Source: Camelus dromedarius
Lineage: Eukaryota
Length of the DNA stretch: 64,000 nucleotides
Direction of reading: 5' to 3'
Assembly: GCF_036321535.1 (NCBI RefSeq)
Contig: NC_087437.1
Coordinates: 60,824,001 to 60,888,000 of the forward strand
In this document: positions 25,351 through 38,849 of the stretch, in pieces
How the letters are laid out: each line of letters opens with the position of its first letter
Numbering within the stretch: position 1 is the stretch's first letter
The notes under the pieces: generated by a model
Database searches by the model: none
Told to the model about the DNA's origin: nothing
What the model saw: only the letters and a program-made list of their open reading frames with translations
Position numbers and translations under genes: made by a program

Positions 25351-26349
25351 AATTTAAACAATGTGCCTACATCCACATCCAGGATGAGTCTGAGGGGAGA
25401 CTTGTGCTCAGCCTTTATGTTATTTAAAAATAATCTTTTAAAAATGCTGGGTTTTCTGGGTCATACTTAAATTCATTCATTTTAAGCCAAGTACTATTCT
25501 AGGTAACAAGGATATAGAAGAGAATAAGGTAGGCAGGACCGTGCTTTCCTGGAGCTCACATTTCGGTGGGGAGAAATAAGTAAATAAGAAAAATATCATG
25601 TATTCATAAATACTATGCAGGTAAATAAAGTAGGGTGATATGGGGATAATCCTTCACTTAATCATCACTTCTTTCTGCAGAATCTAAAAAGGAAGATCAA
25701 GGAAAAAAATTCTGTCAGCCTGATAAAGCCACAAGTGCAAATTCCAAGATTATGTAACTAAAAACACCTGTATGCCCAAGTCACATTTTATAGCATTATA
25801 TACTCAATAAGCTTTATTTTTTTAAATCCAACTTCATCTTTTTTCTAGCTGTTTTCAATTTTTGTCCATACCTGTGCCTGATTTCATTTTCTTCAAAAGG
25901 CTGATGAGATGTCACTCTAAGATGAAGGACCCAAGAATAAATTCTTCTCCTCTTCCTCCCATTGGTCCAAGGCTCTCAGCTACAGTTGAGCCTAAATCTT
26001 CCTTTAAGACCGCAGGGTGGGGCTTACATGACCTGTGTGAGCAGAAGCACCTGCATGCCCACTAGTCACTGAGTTTGATGACTGAGGGGAAGATTGTCAT
26101 TTTTCTCCCTTCCCCTAAGCTTCCTCATTTGTAAAATGCAGTATTAATACCTGTCTTCACTGGGCCAGTGTAAAAATTAAAGATTAAATAAGATAGTGTA
26201 TGCATAGTACAGTATCTGACAAGGAATAAGTATTTAATAAGTGGAAGTTTAAAATAATGTCTCTCGTTTCTACCTCTCACCTAAGTTCAGATATGTGTTA
26301 GCAGTATTCCCAATGTACAAAAATAACCCTCACTAAAATTCAAGGCAAC

Positions 26350-27050
26350 TAAGGTTGGGAGATAAAGCCACTGATGAACAGAATCAAGATTTTATAGTAT
26401 TTTAAATGACTGGACTAAAACCAACAGGATGAAATATTATGGGGCTAAAAATAAAGTCCAGCACTTACATTAAGAAATATCCACTGCAGGAGCACAGGAT
26501 GGGAAAGAATTCACTTAACAGCAATTACTGGGAAACAGAGAGGGTTTCATAGACAGCAGATTCCAACTGAACAGACTGGAGAGTGTCTGCCAAGGAAGCT
26601 AATGTAATCCCACTCTGCACTAATTGAAGCTTAATGTCCAGGTCAAGGGGAGGAATGGCCCCGTTGCACACTGTCCTGGCCAGATCCTGTCTGGAGCCAT
26701 GTTCTCTTTCAGGAGCCTCATTTTAAAGGGGACATCGACAAACTGGAGTATGTCCCACAGAGAGTGACCATGTCACACGAGGATCTATTGGAAGATGTGA
26801 TGAAGACTTTGCCTGAAAAAGAGAAGATCACTCTTAACAAATATTTATTCAAAGACTTTTCATGTGGAAGCAGTACTTCCAGAGGGAAAAACTAGGCGCG
26901 GTGAATGTTTAGAGAGCAGTTCCTACCTCAATACAAGAAAGAACTTTCTGAGGTTCAAAGCTTCTAGCAATAGGAAGGATGACTTTGTGAAGTCGTGATC
27001 TGGCTGTCCCTGAAAGCAGTCTAGCAAGGCGCTGGATGGGAGGTTAACCA
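26350..27050 (+). mobile_element. CR1/L3 LINE 3' fragment
   Basis: aaccaacaggatgaaat..aaagtcc, tggagccatgttc..ttttaaagggacatcgacaaactggag. Confidence 0.7.
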
Positions 27051-27974
27051 GGTCAGCGTTTTTCAAACTGCTCTCTATGGAGTGGCATCCCAGGGAGCCA
27101 GGGTGGGGGTAGGGGGTGGGGAATGATAATTGTTCAGAGATAGGAAGGAGACCAAGGATGTGGGAACTGGATCCCCAATTTAACCACAGCAGCTCAGCTC
27201 TTATGTCCTTCAGTTTAATCCAGTTCCAGTTCCACTTGAGGTATTTCTTAAAAATTCTGCTACTAAAATCAAAATTTGAAAACTACTGGAGACGATGGCT
27301 TTCTCTCCAACTCAGATGGTGACCCAGCAACCCCTCTCTTAAGACCATGACCGTCAGCACTGTAGAGCAGAGACTAGATAAACCTTAACTTTGTCCGAGC
27401 TCAATCACTTCTGGAGCTTTCTCAATGGTCCCTCTCATCCCCACTTCTCTTAAAAAACAAAACAAAACAAAACAAAAAACCAGTCTCAGTCTTTTGGTTA
27501 GTAGCCTTTTAGAAGGCTGACAATTTGCTGGATACTTAGCATTAACCTTTAAGACTTCATCACATGCCCCACCACCTTTTTCCCTTATTGAAGTATAGTC
27601 AGTTACAATGTGTGAATTTCTGGTGTACAGCATAATCCCCATCCTGGGCATATATCTGGAGGGAACCCCTTCCCCCTTTGGTTTGTTTCCTCAGAAGACC
27701 TTCCTCCTGTCCTGCCTCCTCCACCAGTCTCCACCTTTGGCAGACAAGGCGTGCCCCTCTGTCCAAGGAGAGAAATCCTGAGGCCACGCTTTAGCCAGAA
27801 CTCTAGCCCTGGGCGTCAGTACTTCTCCTGCCCAGCAGGCCCTCCAGGAGACAGTGTTCAGCACAGGCCCTGGAGGGGAGCTTGGCCCTTCCTGCTAGCT
27901 GGCGTCTCGCAGCCATCCCAGGCTTGAGTTCTCTCCTCCCTACTCAGAACCTCCTCATTACCACTGTTTATACC

Positions 27975-28539
27975 AAGGCTTCCCAAACTAGGCTTCTCTT
28001 TACAATTGTCATACAAAGTTGAGCAGCTTTTAAAAGTGTAGTCTCAGTCACTCCTCAGATCTGAATCAGAATCTCTCAGGATGGGATCAGATCTAGGAAT
28101 CTGTATTTGTAACAGGTTTTCCCAAGGCACCTTGGTTAGGAACCACTGGTCTCTCCCATCACTTTGGCACTGAGCCCATCATACCATGTATAACTGTCTT
28201 ACTCACACATCACGTCTTAAAGTGAAGGACCACGTGTCACTTGGATTTGTTCCTCCACTTCCTACCACCAGGTCCAGACTGCAGCAGCTGATGATGGGGA
28301 AAGCATCAGTAGCACCTGGAGTCCTCTCTGCTTGCTTTACTTCTCCCGAGACTTTTTCCCCAAAGTCTCTTCTTTGCTACCACTGGTTCTTAAACTTCCA
28401 AGTACAGGCTCACCTGGAGGGCTTGTTAAACCACAGACTGATGGGCCCCACCCTTAGGGTTTCTAATTCAGTAGGTCTGGAGTGGGGTCTAAGAATTTGC
28501 ATTTCTAGCAAATTCCCCAGACTTTTTGAGAAACACTGT
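27975..28539. mobile_element. Two MER5-family hAT MITEs (~27975-28149 and ~28380-28539)
   Basis: tgaatcagaatctct..ggaatctgtattt and cacctggagggcttgttaaa..tcagtaggtctggagtgggg..gagaaacactg. Confidence 0.75.
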
Positions 28540-31500
28540 GCTACACTTTTGCTTTCCTTCTTTTTTTTGTTGTGGGTATTCCTGCATCAAATCTACCCTT
28601 TCCTTTTGTTCATATTAACTCCAATATATTCCATAGTGTCTCTGCGTCTGGGCCTCTCCTCTTACAATAGCATGATTTCTATGAGATTTGGGTATGTGAT
28701 GGTCTTCTATTTCACACCTTCCCACAACTCATGGTTCTGTGGCCCAGGGGTTCACCCTCACAAGGTGTTGTGCACTTAGAAGTCATTCTTGCTGAAGAAA
28801 TTCGGAAAAGGGAAGTATTAGTATAGGCCGAGGCAATTGGGAAAGCTTCAAAAAAGGGTTCGCATCTCTTCTGTGTTGTGGGAAGGCATCCTGTCTGTTG
28901 CCAGATCTATTAAAACTTACCAAGTGCCATCAACCACACTGGAGGGAAAGTGATGCTGATTTTGTTGTTTCAGGTTATTGGGCTGTTCGGGAGCCCCAGG
29001 GGCAGCAGTGCTATGTGGGCCAGGCAGCATGGGCATCACTGTCAAGGGACTGAGCATGTTTGCTCCTAAGGCCTAGGATAGATAATTCCACTTCTTCTTT
29101 CCGTGGAAAAAGCCCCCACCCCTGCAGCGTGTGGCAAGAGCTGACCTGAGGAAGAAGTTTGCTCAATAGGAAATGAGCTATGGTGGTGCAATGAGGAAGC
29201 CCTGCTAAATTTTCAGTGTGATGATTTTGAATGACAAAAAGAAAAGAGTGAGTAAAAAGTGAACATAATAGTGGAGAACTGGAAACAACCCAAATATCCA
29301 TCAATAAGTAAATTGTGGCGTGTTCATGTCGTGGCATATTGTAAAGCCCATCAAAACAAGGAGGTAGACTAGTGACCTGGAAATACCTCTTAGCTGCATA
29401 GTTAAGTGAGAAAAACAAGTTGCCAGATAGTGAGCATTTTATATTCCCATCATTAAAAGAAATCAATAAAAACTCTTGAAGGATTGTCACAAGTTAACTG
29501 TTAATCATTGCCTGTGGAGAGGGGAGTGAAGTTAAAGTGGGAGGAGTTTAAGTGAGATTTTCTTAAATTTTTAAAAATAAATTTCTGGATGGCTCGAACT
29601 TTTAACATGTAATTATAATAAATACTAGCTAATCCTTACTAAGTGTTGAACACTGTTCTAAGTGTTTTCGACCTATTCACTTATTTAACCCTCCCAATAA
29701 GCCTATTTTGTAGATAAGGAAACTGAGGCACAGAGCAGTTTAATAACCTGCCCAAGGACACACAGATAACACATGGGAAAGCTAGGATTTGAACTGAAGT
29801 CACCAGGCTCTGGAATTTGTGCATCAAACCACCTAACAATTATGTCTTTCAGTGGACCATGTTGGTCCATCAGATGTTAATCATAAATGTAATATGACCC
29901 CAATTAAAAAACAAACCATATGCATAGAAAAAAATGGAATTCAAGTCTCTAAAACAAGGAGCGCTATGTCTCCCTGGTGACGCCTGTGGCCCTTTTCAAC
30001 CTGATCGACACATTTCCCTTGAGGAAAGAGAAGATGGTCCTGCAAGACCTGTAACACCTGATGGGATGGGTCCTCTCTGGGCAGGTCCTCTTCTCTTTCT
30101 ACACAGTGCTATGCACACAGAAAGGCCTGAAAAATATCCTTGATGTACAGATTTTTATTTGTAATTTTAAAAGTCTATTTTATTATAAGCTTTTTTTGCA
30201 CTTAAAAAAACACTACATTTTGTACTCTGAAGGATTCCCTCCCAAAAATGAATATATGTACTCTAACTCCATTATGGCTGGTTAATTTTATAGAGAAATT
30301 AGGGAATACACCCATACACATGCTTTCAATGCACATTATTCAGTGTGATACATATCTATCTTTTTTATATAAAACTTTTAATAAAATATTTTGGAGCAAA
30401 AAAATAAAATAAAATAAAAACACTGATCCTATGATTCTCTTCAAATTCCAGCTCAGATGGGATAATTCTGGTATGAATTAAGTGATTTCCAAGCACAAGG
30501 AAAGTCTGCTTTCCTCTCCTACCCCAAACTGTTGGTTAACATTTCTTAAACAAAAGCTAAACATTTTTACCACTCAGAGATAAGGTTTAATATGCAAATA
30601 CCTCTGGACAAGGTATAACTATCTTGGCTCTAATTGTCTAAATCTCTGATTTAATACTATTAAGGTGTAAAAGTAAATAGCAATCGTATATAAAGAGCAG
30701 ATGTTGATGGGAAAGGGAAAAGAGTAGCAGGAGGCAGACAGCCTGAAAGCAGGCTGAGGTTCTCATGGGGAAGGCTGGAGGTGGCCGGTTATCATCAACT
30801 AGCTATTAACGACACTGCTTTACCATGATATAAAAGCCTTACCTTTTATAAGCACTTACATTCGATCCTTCACAGAGCTAGGGAAGATAGATATACCTGT
30901 TTTACAGATAAGGAAACCAAGGCTCCAGGAGATTGTGGCTTGGTTAATTTCCAGGTTGGAGCTGGAAACCAAGACTCCTTCCAGGACTCTTGAATCACAG
31001 CCAAATGCCTCAGCCACATCATAACCTTACTCAGACTAGGCTCGAGTCAGCATCAGTAGAAGAGAGTGTAGCAGATGAAAGATCCAGATGTTAAGGGTAG
31101 CAATGGGGTCCTGGCCAGGACCCACTGAGGGACGTCCAGGTGAGATGACAGAGCAGAAGCCCTGGTCAACCAAGAGGCAATGTGAGGGAACCAAGGTCAC
31201 AAGTTGGGGGAAGGGCCTGGGGGCTGGCACCAAGCCAGCTGAGGAGCAGGGCAAGACTCGATCTGCCAGGACTTGGGTCCCACTCACCCCCACTTCTACG
31301 ATCTTCCTCCTATTTCTCTCACTTCTTCCTTTGCTTCTCTCTCCAACTCACATTCAACAGTCAAGAAAAGTGGGAAAACACCTGATATATATATATATTT
31401 TTTTTTGAGTAAAAGTATATTTATTTAGAGAGATTTACACGGGGGAGTCGGTGAGGTTGAAGTAAGGGTAGACATAGAGGACAAATTTATGGTCACCAGG

Positions 31501-32338
31501 GGTAAAGCGGGTGGAAGGGACAAACTGGGAGCTCGAAATCTGCGCCTCCTGGAGAGTGATGGAAATGTTAGGCATCTTGATTGTGGTGGTGGTTTCACAG
31601 GTGCATACATCCATCAAAATTCATCAAACTGTACATCTGAAATTTGTGTAGTTTACTGTTCAAGAATCACACCACAGTAAAGTTGCTTATAAAAAAAGTA
31701 AAAGTAGATACACATTCCATAGACAGGAAAATACCTACTTAAAAAAAAAGAATTTGTTCTACCAATGGGGTTGGATTAATAATCCTATTCCCTTGAGTCC
31801 AATTACAAGTCCTACTAATTATTTGAGCTTCTTTCCATTTTATCACCTAATTAGGATGGGTCAAGTTCCATAAATCAATTACTTCACTTCTTAATCACAT
31901 CCAGTTAATCTATTTACTGGTTCATTCAATCTTGAATTCTTTTCATATTCTCTCTACCTGCTAGTGCTACAAGTTTCAATATTTAAATAACCTCCAGCTA
32001 GATTTTATATAGCTCCCACAGCTTTCACTCTGTGGTTACATCTCCTAAAAAAAGCAATTCTAATGACATAAAAGACACAGTATGCTCCACAGATCCATGT
32101 TATCTGGAGGAGAAGGAAAAATACAAATGAAAATAAATATACTATAATCCCTTTGGATGACTCCTGAAATTTCCTGCACTGTATGTTTGCACTGCTGATA
32201 GTAGGAGGAGGGAAAAAGCATTGAGGAGGAAATTAGCGATTAAAAAGCTAGTGTGCATTACAAGGAAGACATCTCATGATTTTTGTTTTACAGTTTCCAC
32301 ATTTTTGCCCTTACTGCAGCCCACAGAGTTCTTAAAAT

Positions 32339-32355
32339 CGCCACCAGGGGGCAGG
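32339..32355 (+). promoter_or_regulatory. CTCF core motif
   Basis: cgCCACCAGGGGGCAG matches the CTCF consensus. Confidence 0.6.
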
Positions 32356-34099
32356 AGTGTGCCAATGTCAGATCTTTGAATCGGCTGAGTTTGGGTTTTC
32401 TTGCAGAGGATTTCCTCATAGAAGGATTACTGTTCCTATTACAGAAATTAAGAAACTAAGCAGAGAGAAGTAAAAAGTAGGCAACATAGCATCATGTGAG
32501 CGGCAGAGGTAGATTTGAATACTGGTTTTGGTAATCCATCTTGTAGGCTCTTTTAGAGCTCTCCTGAGTTTGTGGCTATGATTTCCAGTCTTTTTTTCAA
32601 TGTTTACACCACCCCCCTCTTTGGTTTTTAAATGAAGGGCAATAAATTAAGAAAACTTTAAACAATGTTACTGTAACTGCTTCTTTTTTCCTATTTTCTC
32701 TCACTTATTCATAATTTTTGTGATTCATAATCCTTCTTTCATCCCTGGGCCTAACGTCAAAGAGAGAGCCTTGTTCCTTTCCACCACCCTGACTTTTATG
32801 TCCCTCCGTTAAGAAATCACTTCTGTGACAGCTTCTGTTCTGTTGTCTGTAATTTACTTTACCAGCTTCAGCAGAATCACAGTGCTATAAATGCATGTGA
32901 GGTGGACTGGATGGACCTACAAGCTTGGGATGGCAGCCAGATGTCCTAAGCAGACATCAGACGCCTCCCATATTCCTGGTCCAGTTCACACCAGAGGCTG
33001 GGTTAACTAGCATAATGGATATTAGAGATGTTTCCCTGGTGACATTAGTAGTGTCCCAAGAGGTATAGATTCTCTGGAAATATTGAAGAGCATCCCTGCC
33101 GTTGCACGGTCAAGGCCACAGGTTGGTGGCCCAAGCCCTGTAGAATGGCATCTGGGCTTGTCTCCTAAATGGTCCTGTAATCCAGTCACTGATTCAGAGG
33201 AGTCTTGGCCCTTTGAGTTTGACAAGATGGTAGCTGAATCCTCACAGGAGACTCAGGTCTTATTCATTTCAAGTGAAATGGAGCACTTAAAAGGACGGAG
33301 AAGTGGGGCTTCATCAAGTCCACAGAACAAGTTTGAAGACTGGTTTCTAGTCCTGCCTGGTAATAAACATTATGTGGGTGGCCAGACTCGGGCCGAGACT
33401 TGCTTTCATTGTAGCGGCAAGGTTGTGGGTCAGGAGACCTACTGTCATCATCTGTTAACTACCAGGTAGACCCTAATAATTATCAATGGCCCAGTTGCCT
33501 TAGGTTGGTTCACAGTATTTTGTTTACACACTGTTTTAGAGAAAAATCCCCTCAGCAAACATACCGGCCTCTCCTTGCATGAAGGAAAAGCACAGGGAGG
33601 AAGGGTTGTCACCTACATCCCTTCTTCCCTGCTTGTTGGAGGAAATATCTTTCCTTCTTTCTGTTATTCAGGGCCTGTTTCTCACAGCTCTTTTTTATTT
33701 CTTTCTTTCTTTTTCTCTCTCACAGGCAGTAGCACAGTGTGCTAATTAATAAGCCCCTTGGCAAGTTTTCTAAGCTAGGTTGTAACACTTTGGAATTTCA
33801 CTTTTTGAGAAAACGCTTAAATCAAATTTTTAAAGCAACAGTCTCCACTAAAGCACAAGATAAAACTGAAAAGAGAAATATATTTAGTTGTTATGGGGTG
33901 GCTATTTTTACACTTTTCTGTCTTTGTAGGGAGCTGTCTGTTGAGTCTCAGGAAGTCCTGAAGAGTCAACTCAGAAATTACAACACCCCCGCCTTGGCAT
34001 CCATCTCCACATTCACTGCTTTGATCCAGACTTTCATTATCTGTTGTCTACATTGTTATTATTGTCTAGATTGGCTACTACTGTTGTTCCATAGTTCTT

Positions 34100-36430
34100 T
34101 TATAGAAGGGTAGCAAAGTGCATTAATTTAAAATGTGCAGTTTGGAGGGGAAGGCATAGCTCAAGTGGTAAAGTGCATGTTCAGCATATACAAGGTCCTG
34201 GGTTCAATCCTAGTGCCTCCTCTAAAAATAAATAAATAAACCTAATCCCCCCGATAAAAATTTTTTTTTAAATAAAATAAAAATAAAATGTTCAATCCAA
34301 TGACTATTTACATATATATACATCCATGTAATAGCAGGATGGAGATATAGTATTTCTCCAGCACCCCAGAAGTCTTCCTTATGCCCCTTCCTTGTCAATA
34401 CCCAACACCCTAATGCTTACAACTACTTCTACTACCATAGATTGTTTCCATTTTGTCTTGAATATTAAACAGCATGTACTCTTTGGCACCCAGTTTCTTT
34501 GCTTGACAAAGGGCAGTGAGATTAATTCACTGGGGCATGTAGCAGTAATTCACTGTTTCATACTGCTGTGCAGTACTCCATTATATGAATGTATCACAAT
34601 TTGGTTATCCAGCCCTCTGAGGCTGTTGCCAGAGCTTGGTTATTATGAATAAACCTGCTAGAAATGTTCTTGCACATGTATTTTGGTGGACTCACTTTTC
34701 TTGGATGTATACTAGGAATGGGATTGTTGGGTTGTAGGATAGGCATACAGTTAGCTTTAGCACATACTATCCTGCAATGTCCCAAAGTTGCATGAATGTA
34801 CATTCTCACCATCAATGGATAGAGTTCAGTTGGTCCATATATTCATCCATAATTGGTATTGTCTGTGTTTTAAATTTGAGCCATTGCAGTGAATAGTTAT
34901 TAGTAAATGTTTGTGAATTTAATTGCATTTTCTGTATTTGATCATCTTTTCATTGTTTATTTGCCCATTTGATAGCCTCTTTTGTGAAATCTTGTTTGTA
35001 TCTTTTGTCCATTTTTTTTAAAAAAATTAGGCTTGTCTTTGTCTTTTCCTTATTGATTTGTAGAAATTCTTTTTTTTTTTTTAAGGAATTCTTTATGTAG
35101 TCTGATAATAAGTCCTTTGTTGACTATACATATTGTGAAAATCTCCAATACAAGGCTTGATTTTCACTCTTCTTTGTGGGAAGATTTAAATTACATATTC
35201 AGTTTGTAGAACTATTCAGATTTTTTTTTCTTCTATCAGTTTTACTTACTTGTGTATTTCAAGAAATTTGCTAATTTCATCTAAAATATTTTTTGTTTGT
35301 GTGGTTTTTTTAGGGGGAGCAATTAGGTTTATTTTTATTTATTTAATGGAGATACTGGGGATTGAACCCAGGACCTCATGGATGCTAAGCATATGTTCTA
35401 CCATTGAGCTATATCTTCCCCCTCATCTAAATTGTTAAATTTGTTGCACAAAGATAGTTATACCATTGTATTATCTTTTTAATGTTATAAGATCTGCAGC
35501 AATATTCTTATTTTCATTCCTGATATAGATAATTTGTATTTTTTCCTCTTGATCAGTCTTGCTAGAAATTTTATAAAATAAACTTTTATTTGGAATACTG
35601 TTAGATTTACAGAAGATTTACAAAGCTAATACATCAAGTTCCCTTACCCCTCTCACCCAGTTTGTTCCCTCTGGTCAAAACTAAGAAACCAATATTGGCA
35701 CATTACTATTAGCTAAACTCCAGACTCATATTTTATTAGATTTTTAAATTAATTAATGACTTTTGTTCCAGTAATCTAGGATACTGCATTGTGTTTAGTT
35801 TCTTAATCTTTCCTTGTTTTTCATGACCCTGATAGTCTTTTTAAAATGAAATATAGTTGATGTACAATATTATATAACTTACAGGTATACCACCTAGTGA
35901 TTCACAACTTTTAAAGGTTATACTCCACTTATAGTTATTGTACAATGTTTGCTATATACCCCATGTTGTACAATACATCCTTGTAGCTTTATGTGACCTT
36001 GACAGTTTTGAGGAGTACTGCTCAACTATGTTGTAGAAAGTCCCTCAAATTGGTTTTGTCTTCTGTTTTTCTTATGATCAGATTGAGATGATGAATTTTT
36101 GGAAAGAATACCCCAAGGCAATGTGTCCATCTCATCACATCGTATCAGGCGTGCATAATATCACATGACACCCCTGGTGATGTTGACTTTGATCACTTGG
36201 TTAGAATAATATCTGCTAGGTCTCGCCACAGTAAAGCTGCCATTTTCCACCCTCTGTACACTATTCTTTGGGAGCCAGTCACTAAGTACAAGCTCAGACT
36301 CAAAAACAAGGGTGATGGGTGGAGACTAAGTTCACCTCCTAGAGTGGGAAGTGTCTACATGCATTATTTGAAATTCTTCTGTACTTGTCTCTTCTCCACT
36401 TATTTACTTATCTAATCATTTCTTTGTATT
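34100..36430 (-). mobile_element. Antisense old L1 fragments with two Vic-1-like SINEs (~34147-34290 plus, ~35290-35421 minus)
   Basis: T-rich antisense L1 3' sequence; SINE A/B boxes. Confidence 0.7.
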
Positions 36431-37229
36431 AGTAGGGATGGATACAGAGCAAAGCAGGTAAGGTTAAAGAATGGATTTGAATGTAAACAAGCAGTTGACT
36501 GGCACTAGGGCTCAAGCTAGTATTACTTTACTTGATTTCTAGTTTCTTTGAGATTCTGAGGCTCAGAGCCTGGACTAAAGTGTCTTTTGGATGACTGGAT
36601 CTGTGATGGATTGATGTTCTGTGTCACCCAGCTTTGGGATCAGGAATAGAAAGAGGCAGTGTGTAGATTTGTATTATGTGGCAAATGCATGGTTGACCCA
36701 GGAACCGAAACTGCTCTCTCAGGAGCACATTAAACAGAAAACTGAAGACACAGAAAAGAGCTTATATGGCACATGGGCTACACTGGTGTGGTAAGTGCCC
36801 AGATATAGCAAGGAGTACCTCAGGTGTATTTTAACCAAAGTGGTTCAGTACCAACTCTCAAGGATACTGAGGAGAGTGAAGAACAGTAGAGGCTCTGAAA
36901 AATGGAAGTGAAGAAAAGTAATGATAAGTGCTACCAGTGAGAAGAAAAATAGCTTTATCTGTATTCCCAGGGCTAAGAAGTGCCTGGCACGTGGCAGGGG
37001 CTCAAAAAATATTTGCAGAATGAATGACTGGCTTAGGGCTAGGGCTCTGTGCCCGTTCCCTCATTATAGAACACTGAAGGGCATGGAACAAAAAGTAAGG
37101 TATTTCTGTGCATCTGGGCTTGAAATAAGCCCCAAGCAAATGACTGAATATTCTGAACATTAACAAACCTGAAAGATCTATGATGTTGAAATCATAGGGA
37201 AGACACTGAGCTGTAATTCCCTGATTAGG

Positions 37230-37735
37230 ACATCAGATTTGAGGATGTATGGGGGGCTGATGAAGCTGCTTTGTTTTTTTAAGCTCCTGTTGACTGATAC
37301 CAAGAAACCCGTGGGCAGTTCTCCTGCAGAGCAGCCCTAGTCATGCTCAGTAACTTCTAACCTTCCTATTGCCCTCTCCTCCTCAGTTACTGTCAGTTGG
37401 TTTGTGGCAGAGGGGAATTCCAGGCCATTTTAGGGGCATGAAGAGGAAGGTTACTGACCAGTATCCCTTAGGTGCATCCTGGGACCCTGGTGAGAAGGGT
37501 AAATCTGAGACATATGAGTCTCAGAGGGTTCCTGGACCAGGAATGGATATGAGTTGGCTAAAACCTTTGCAGACAACAAACAAACAAACAAACAAAAAAA
37601 ATCCATGTAAGTGTTCTCATAAATCTGGAAGCTCACAGTTACACACAGTAAGATAAAAGTGGGCAACAGAAGGTAAGGCTGCTTCATCATCACCTTTGGG
37701 CCATCAGTAAACCAGGCACCTCCCTGTTGTTCCAT
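37230..37735 (-). pseudogene. TM plus TIR-like remnant of a TLR-type gene
   Basis: YLLLPTFILLCVTVSFQIY (TM-like), MHLRD (TIR box-2-like), GLEFPSATNQL and LQENCPRVSWYQ..KK occur in TIR order. Confidence 0.45.
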
Positions 37736-38849
37736 TTCTTAACTAGGCTGACCCCCATTCATTATAATATTATCTTTAATTAACCTTTTATTTATAAATC
37801 TTTATAATGCTTGCCTACTACACCCAGAAAGCTGAACAGAAAGCACTGGAGAATGATGGAATGTTGGACTTGCAGAAGAAGAGATTATCTAGCTCAACCT
37901 CCCTATTTTCTAGGTGGGGAAGGTGAAGTCTAGGAGGGAAATGTGTGACTTAAGTGTGCACATCGAGTTAGGAGTCAAGTATAACCTCCCAGCTTAAGGC
38001 TCTTTCTGCTACTCCAGTGCTGCTCTTCTACCTTGGGTAACCTCAGAGTAGATTCTACACCCAGACCTACCTTCCTACCTATCAGACCTCAGGAACTGAC
38101 GGTGGAAAGACTTACCATCAAATGGTTGGTAAAACAAGACAAAATAAAACAAAAAACTATGTGGAAAACAGCAGCTTGGGACAGGGAAAAAGAAGATGTC
38201 CCATGAAAGATATAAATTGTTAGCCATTGAGGACTCAAAGGAGCAGGACCATTCAATCAGCAACCTTCCCTTGTTTGATACAAGCTTCCAAAAGAGGCTC
38301 GACTCAGTTATTTCAAAGGAGGTGCTGAATACTGTCATCCACCACCAGAAATTAAGCAAAATCTAGAATTTAATATTGAAACCTAGTAATATGAGAACCT
38401 CGTAGTTTGGGCTAGCAACTCAAACTTCAGTTGTCCTCTAAAAATGAACAAACCTCATAGACATGAAAGTTCAGGCAATAGTTAAGTCTTAACAAACAAG
38501 CCATGGCAGTCACCATCTTGGTTACCATGCAACAGGATCACAGTCCCCTAAATGATACAGTGATTAGAACTATGAACAAAATATAAAAATGAACAGCAAG
38601 TTCAACATTTTCCAAAGATTCAGAGGGTTACATTTATGGGGCAAAGAAATCAACACTGGAAAATTAAGCCCCCCAAAAGAAATCAAATTTGGTCATGAAC
38701 TCTCAAAAATACATCCAAGAAAAGCACCTAAAGATGAAAGAAAAGGCAAAGGGGGATGAGTGGGTGCAAACTGGGGAGAAAAAAGGTTAAATAAATCAGA
38801 AAGGAAAAGGATGATAAATTTAGTGATGACCTGACTGGAAATCATGCCT

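Noticed and set aside
28186..28779. 197-aa ORF
   Set aside because: It runs through a MER5A element and low-complexity sequence, with no protein family signal.
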